NCBI GenBank assembly: GCA_964486335.1
Contig: CAZAMB010000005.1
Coordinates: forward strand, 100,008-164,007
Length of the DNA stretch: 64,000 nucleotides
DNA from: an uncultured Phycisphaera sp.
Lineage (GTDB): Bacteria > Planctomycetota > Phycisphaerae > UBA1845
Direction of reading: 5' to 3'
The position numbers were made by a program, and so were the translations under genes. Within the stretch, counting starts at the first letter, position 1, and every line of letters begins with the position of its first letter. The notes below the pieces were generated by a model that saw only the letters and a program-made list of their open reading frames with translations, was not told the DNA's origin and did not search any database. Of the stretch, positions 62,422-64,000 are shown piece by piece.

Positions 62422-63558
62422 ATGATCACCATGAGTCCCCCTCGCGGTCGGAAGAACAAGGGAGAAAAGGTACGGGTTCCGTTTCGACGGAACCGGTCGC
62501 CGCGCCAGCGGAACAATGACTGGACCGACAAGGATCGCGAGGGCGATGCGAAGGAACTTGACGCGATTCGCGGCGAACGGGTCGTCCCCAAAGGCGATAT
62601 TTCGCGGCAAAGGACGATCATCGTCGGCGGTGATGCGCGGAGCGATTTGATTCGTGGGGTCGTGGTGGCGGTCCGAGGGCTTTATGCGGACGTGGATGAC
62701 GGATCGCGCGTCGTCGGCTGCACCGTTCGACGAATTCTTCGTACGCGGATCATTCATGAGCGAAACCCGGTCACCGTGGGAGACCGCGTTGGGTTTGTCG
62801 TGGACGGTCCGGGCTCTGGACAAACTCCGGAAGGCGTCATTGAGTCGATCGAGCCGAGGCGCGGCGTGCTTCAGCGCCTTGCAGGCCGGCGTGTGCAAAC
62901 AATCGTTGTCAACGTAGATCAGGCCATCATCGTCTCGTCCGCCGGACAGCCCGATCCCAAACCGCACCTGATCGATCGATACATGGTGTCGGCCCACGCG
63001 GGCGAAATCGCGCCGGTCATTTGCATGAACAAGATCGACCTCGACGTGGACGGGTTCGCGGTCGGATTGCTCGATCGATATGAGCGATTGGGCTACCGGA
63101 CAGTTCGGACCAGCGCCGCAACCGGCGAGGGGATCGAAGCGTTGCGCGAAATGCTCCGTGATCGCATAAGCGTGATCGCCGGGCAAAGCGGCGTCGGCAA
63201 GAGTTCTCTGCTCAACGCGCTCCAGCCGGGGCTGGAACTTCGAGTCGGCGCCGTGCATGCTCAAACGGAAAAGGGGAAGCACACAACGACGACGGCCTGC
63301 ATGCACCGCCTTGCCTTTGGCGGCTACGTCGTCGATACACCGGGCATTCGATCGTTTGATTTGTCGGTCATACCGGCTGGTGAGCTGGAAGCCTACTTCG
63401 CGGAATTCGTTCCGTTGGTTCCGAAGTGCAAATTCCCCGACTGCACGCACACGCACGAGACGGAATGCGCCGTCGTGTCAGCCGTAGAGTCGGGAGAGAT
63501 TCATCCCGACCGCTACGCGACGTACCTTGGCTTGTTCCAAGAAGCTTCGCGCCGTTGA
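62422..63558 (+). CDS. rsgA: Ribosome small-subunit-dependent GTPase A
   Basis: A basic N-terminal extension is followed by an OB domain. The circularly permuted GTPase has NKIDL and GQSGVGKSSLLNAL. The zinc knuckle is CKFPDCTHTHETECAV. Confidence 0.92.
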   Translation: MITMSPPRGRKNKGEKVRVPFRRNRSPRQRNNDWTDKDREGDAKELDAIRGERVVPKGDISRQRTIIVGGDARSDLIRGVVVAVRGLYADVDDGSRVVGCTVRRILRTRIIHERNPVTVGDRVGFVVDGPGSGQTPEGVIESIEPRRGVLQRLAGRRVQTIVVNVDQAIIVSSAGQPDPKPHLIDRYMVSAHAGEIAPVICMNKIDLDVDGFAVGLLDRYERLGYRTVRTSAATGEGIEALREMLRDRISVIAGQSGVGKSSLLNALQPGLELRVGAVHAQTEKGKHTTTTACMHRLAFGGYVVDTPGIRSFDLSVIPAGELEAYFAEFVPLVPKCKFPDCTHTHETECAVVSAVESGEIHPDRYATYLGLFQEASRR

Positions 63559-63611
63559 GCACGACCCGACCCCTTGACGGCGTGAGCCCCTGAAGCGTAT
63601 GCCGATGGGCG

Positions 63612-64000
63612 CTAAACGGCCAAGGCCTCTTGCGGCGAATTGCCCGCCGCGGCCGCTTCAACGGACTCACCCGCTAAACCTCCCGCCATGGCTTCATCGG
63701 CGCGACCTTTCAGCCATTCCAATCGCTGGGCTAAGGATTGTAACGCTTGTTGAGCCCCGCCATCATTGGATTCCAAGCCTGTTGTCACGTCGCTGATCGC
63801 AGCGCGGATCTGCGACAATTCTCGTTCTTTCTGAACACGAAGCGACTGAATAGCCTGATCCAGCGCTTCATACAAATCCTTGAACTCATCACGACGACGG
63901 AGCGGTCGCAGAGTGGGTAGTCGCCCGTCGGCGATCTGGAGAAGGTATCGCTTCATCACGAACAGCGGGCCGCAGATTCGATGGGTCATCAGAATTGACC
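63612..64000 (-). CDS. Hypothetical protein, 3' part (frame stays open to the right window edge)
   Basis: ORF 63612..63989, with no stop upstream of the listed Met before position 64000. The sequence is helical and coiled-coil-like (LYEALDQAIQSLRVQKERELSQIRAAISD). No family assigned. Confidence 0.4.
   Translation of the reverse strand, partial: SILMTHRICGPLFVMKRYLLQIADGRLPTLRPLRRRDEFKDLYEALDQAIQSLRVQKERELSQIRAAISDVTTGLESNDGGAQQALQSLAQRLEWLKGRADEAMAGGLAGESVEAAAAGNSPQEALAV

Overview
High-GC bacterial chromosomal segment. The gene content and protein styles suggest a Planctomycetota-like organism, but that is inference only. Most of the window is ordinary housekeeping: ffh, lpxD, an mlaFED-like operon, ispH, xseB, surE, pabB/pabC, miaB, clpS, rpsU, pyrF, rsgA, yggS, and envelope and glycosyltransferase genes. 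There are three intact tRNAs (Ser-CGA, Gly-GCC, Arg-CCT). I saw no rRNA and no CRISPR array.

Accessory content worth a second look:
1. A roughly 13 kb island lies between tRNA-Gly (42310) and tRNA-Arg (55322).
   - It is bounded by a gap-free 154-nt imperfect direct repeat that contains the 3' half of tRNA-Gly.
   - It carries an HTH gene plus a tyrosine integrase.
   - It also carries a tightly packed seven-gene minus-strand operon (53126 to 45440) of mostly unrecognisable proteins.
   - That operon is preceded by a near-consensus sigma-54 -24/-12 element (TGGCATGGAACTTGCT) and two GCGAA-N6-TTCGC dyads.
   - A GAFTGA-containing sigma-54 enhancer-binding protein is encoded convergently at the operon's 3' end.
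   - This is my best candidate for an undescribed system.
2. A full-length Top6A/Spo11-like gene has no Top6B-like neighbour.
3. A PIN toxin cassette sits upstream of ffh, flanked by a ~110-bp duplication of the ffh start region. A HicBA pair lies nearby.
4. Several large secreted proteins are present: an IPTL-CTERM/Kazal protein, a TSP3-repeat protein and a 783-aa lipoprotein.

All calls come from reading the supplied translations and the raw sequence by eye. No database search was run.
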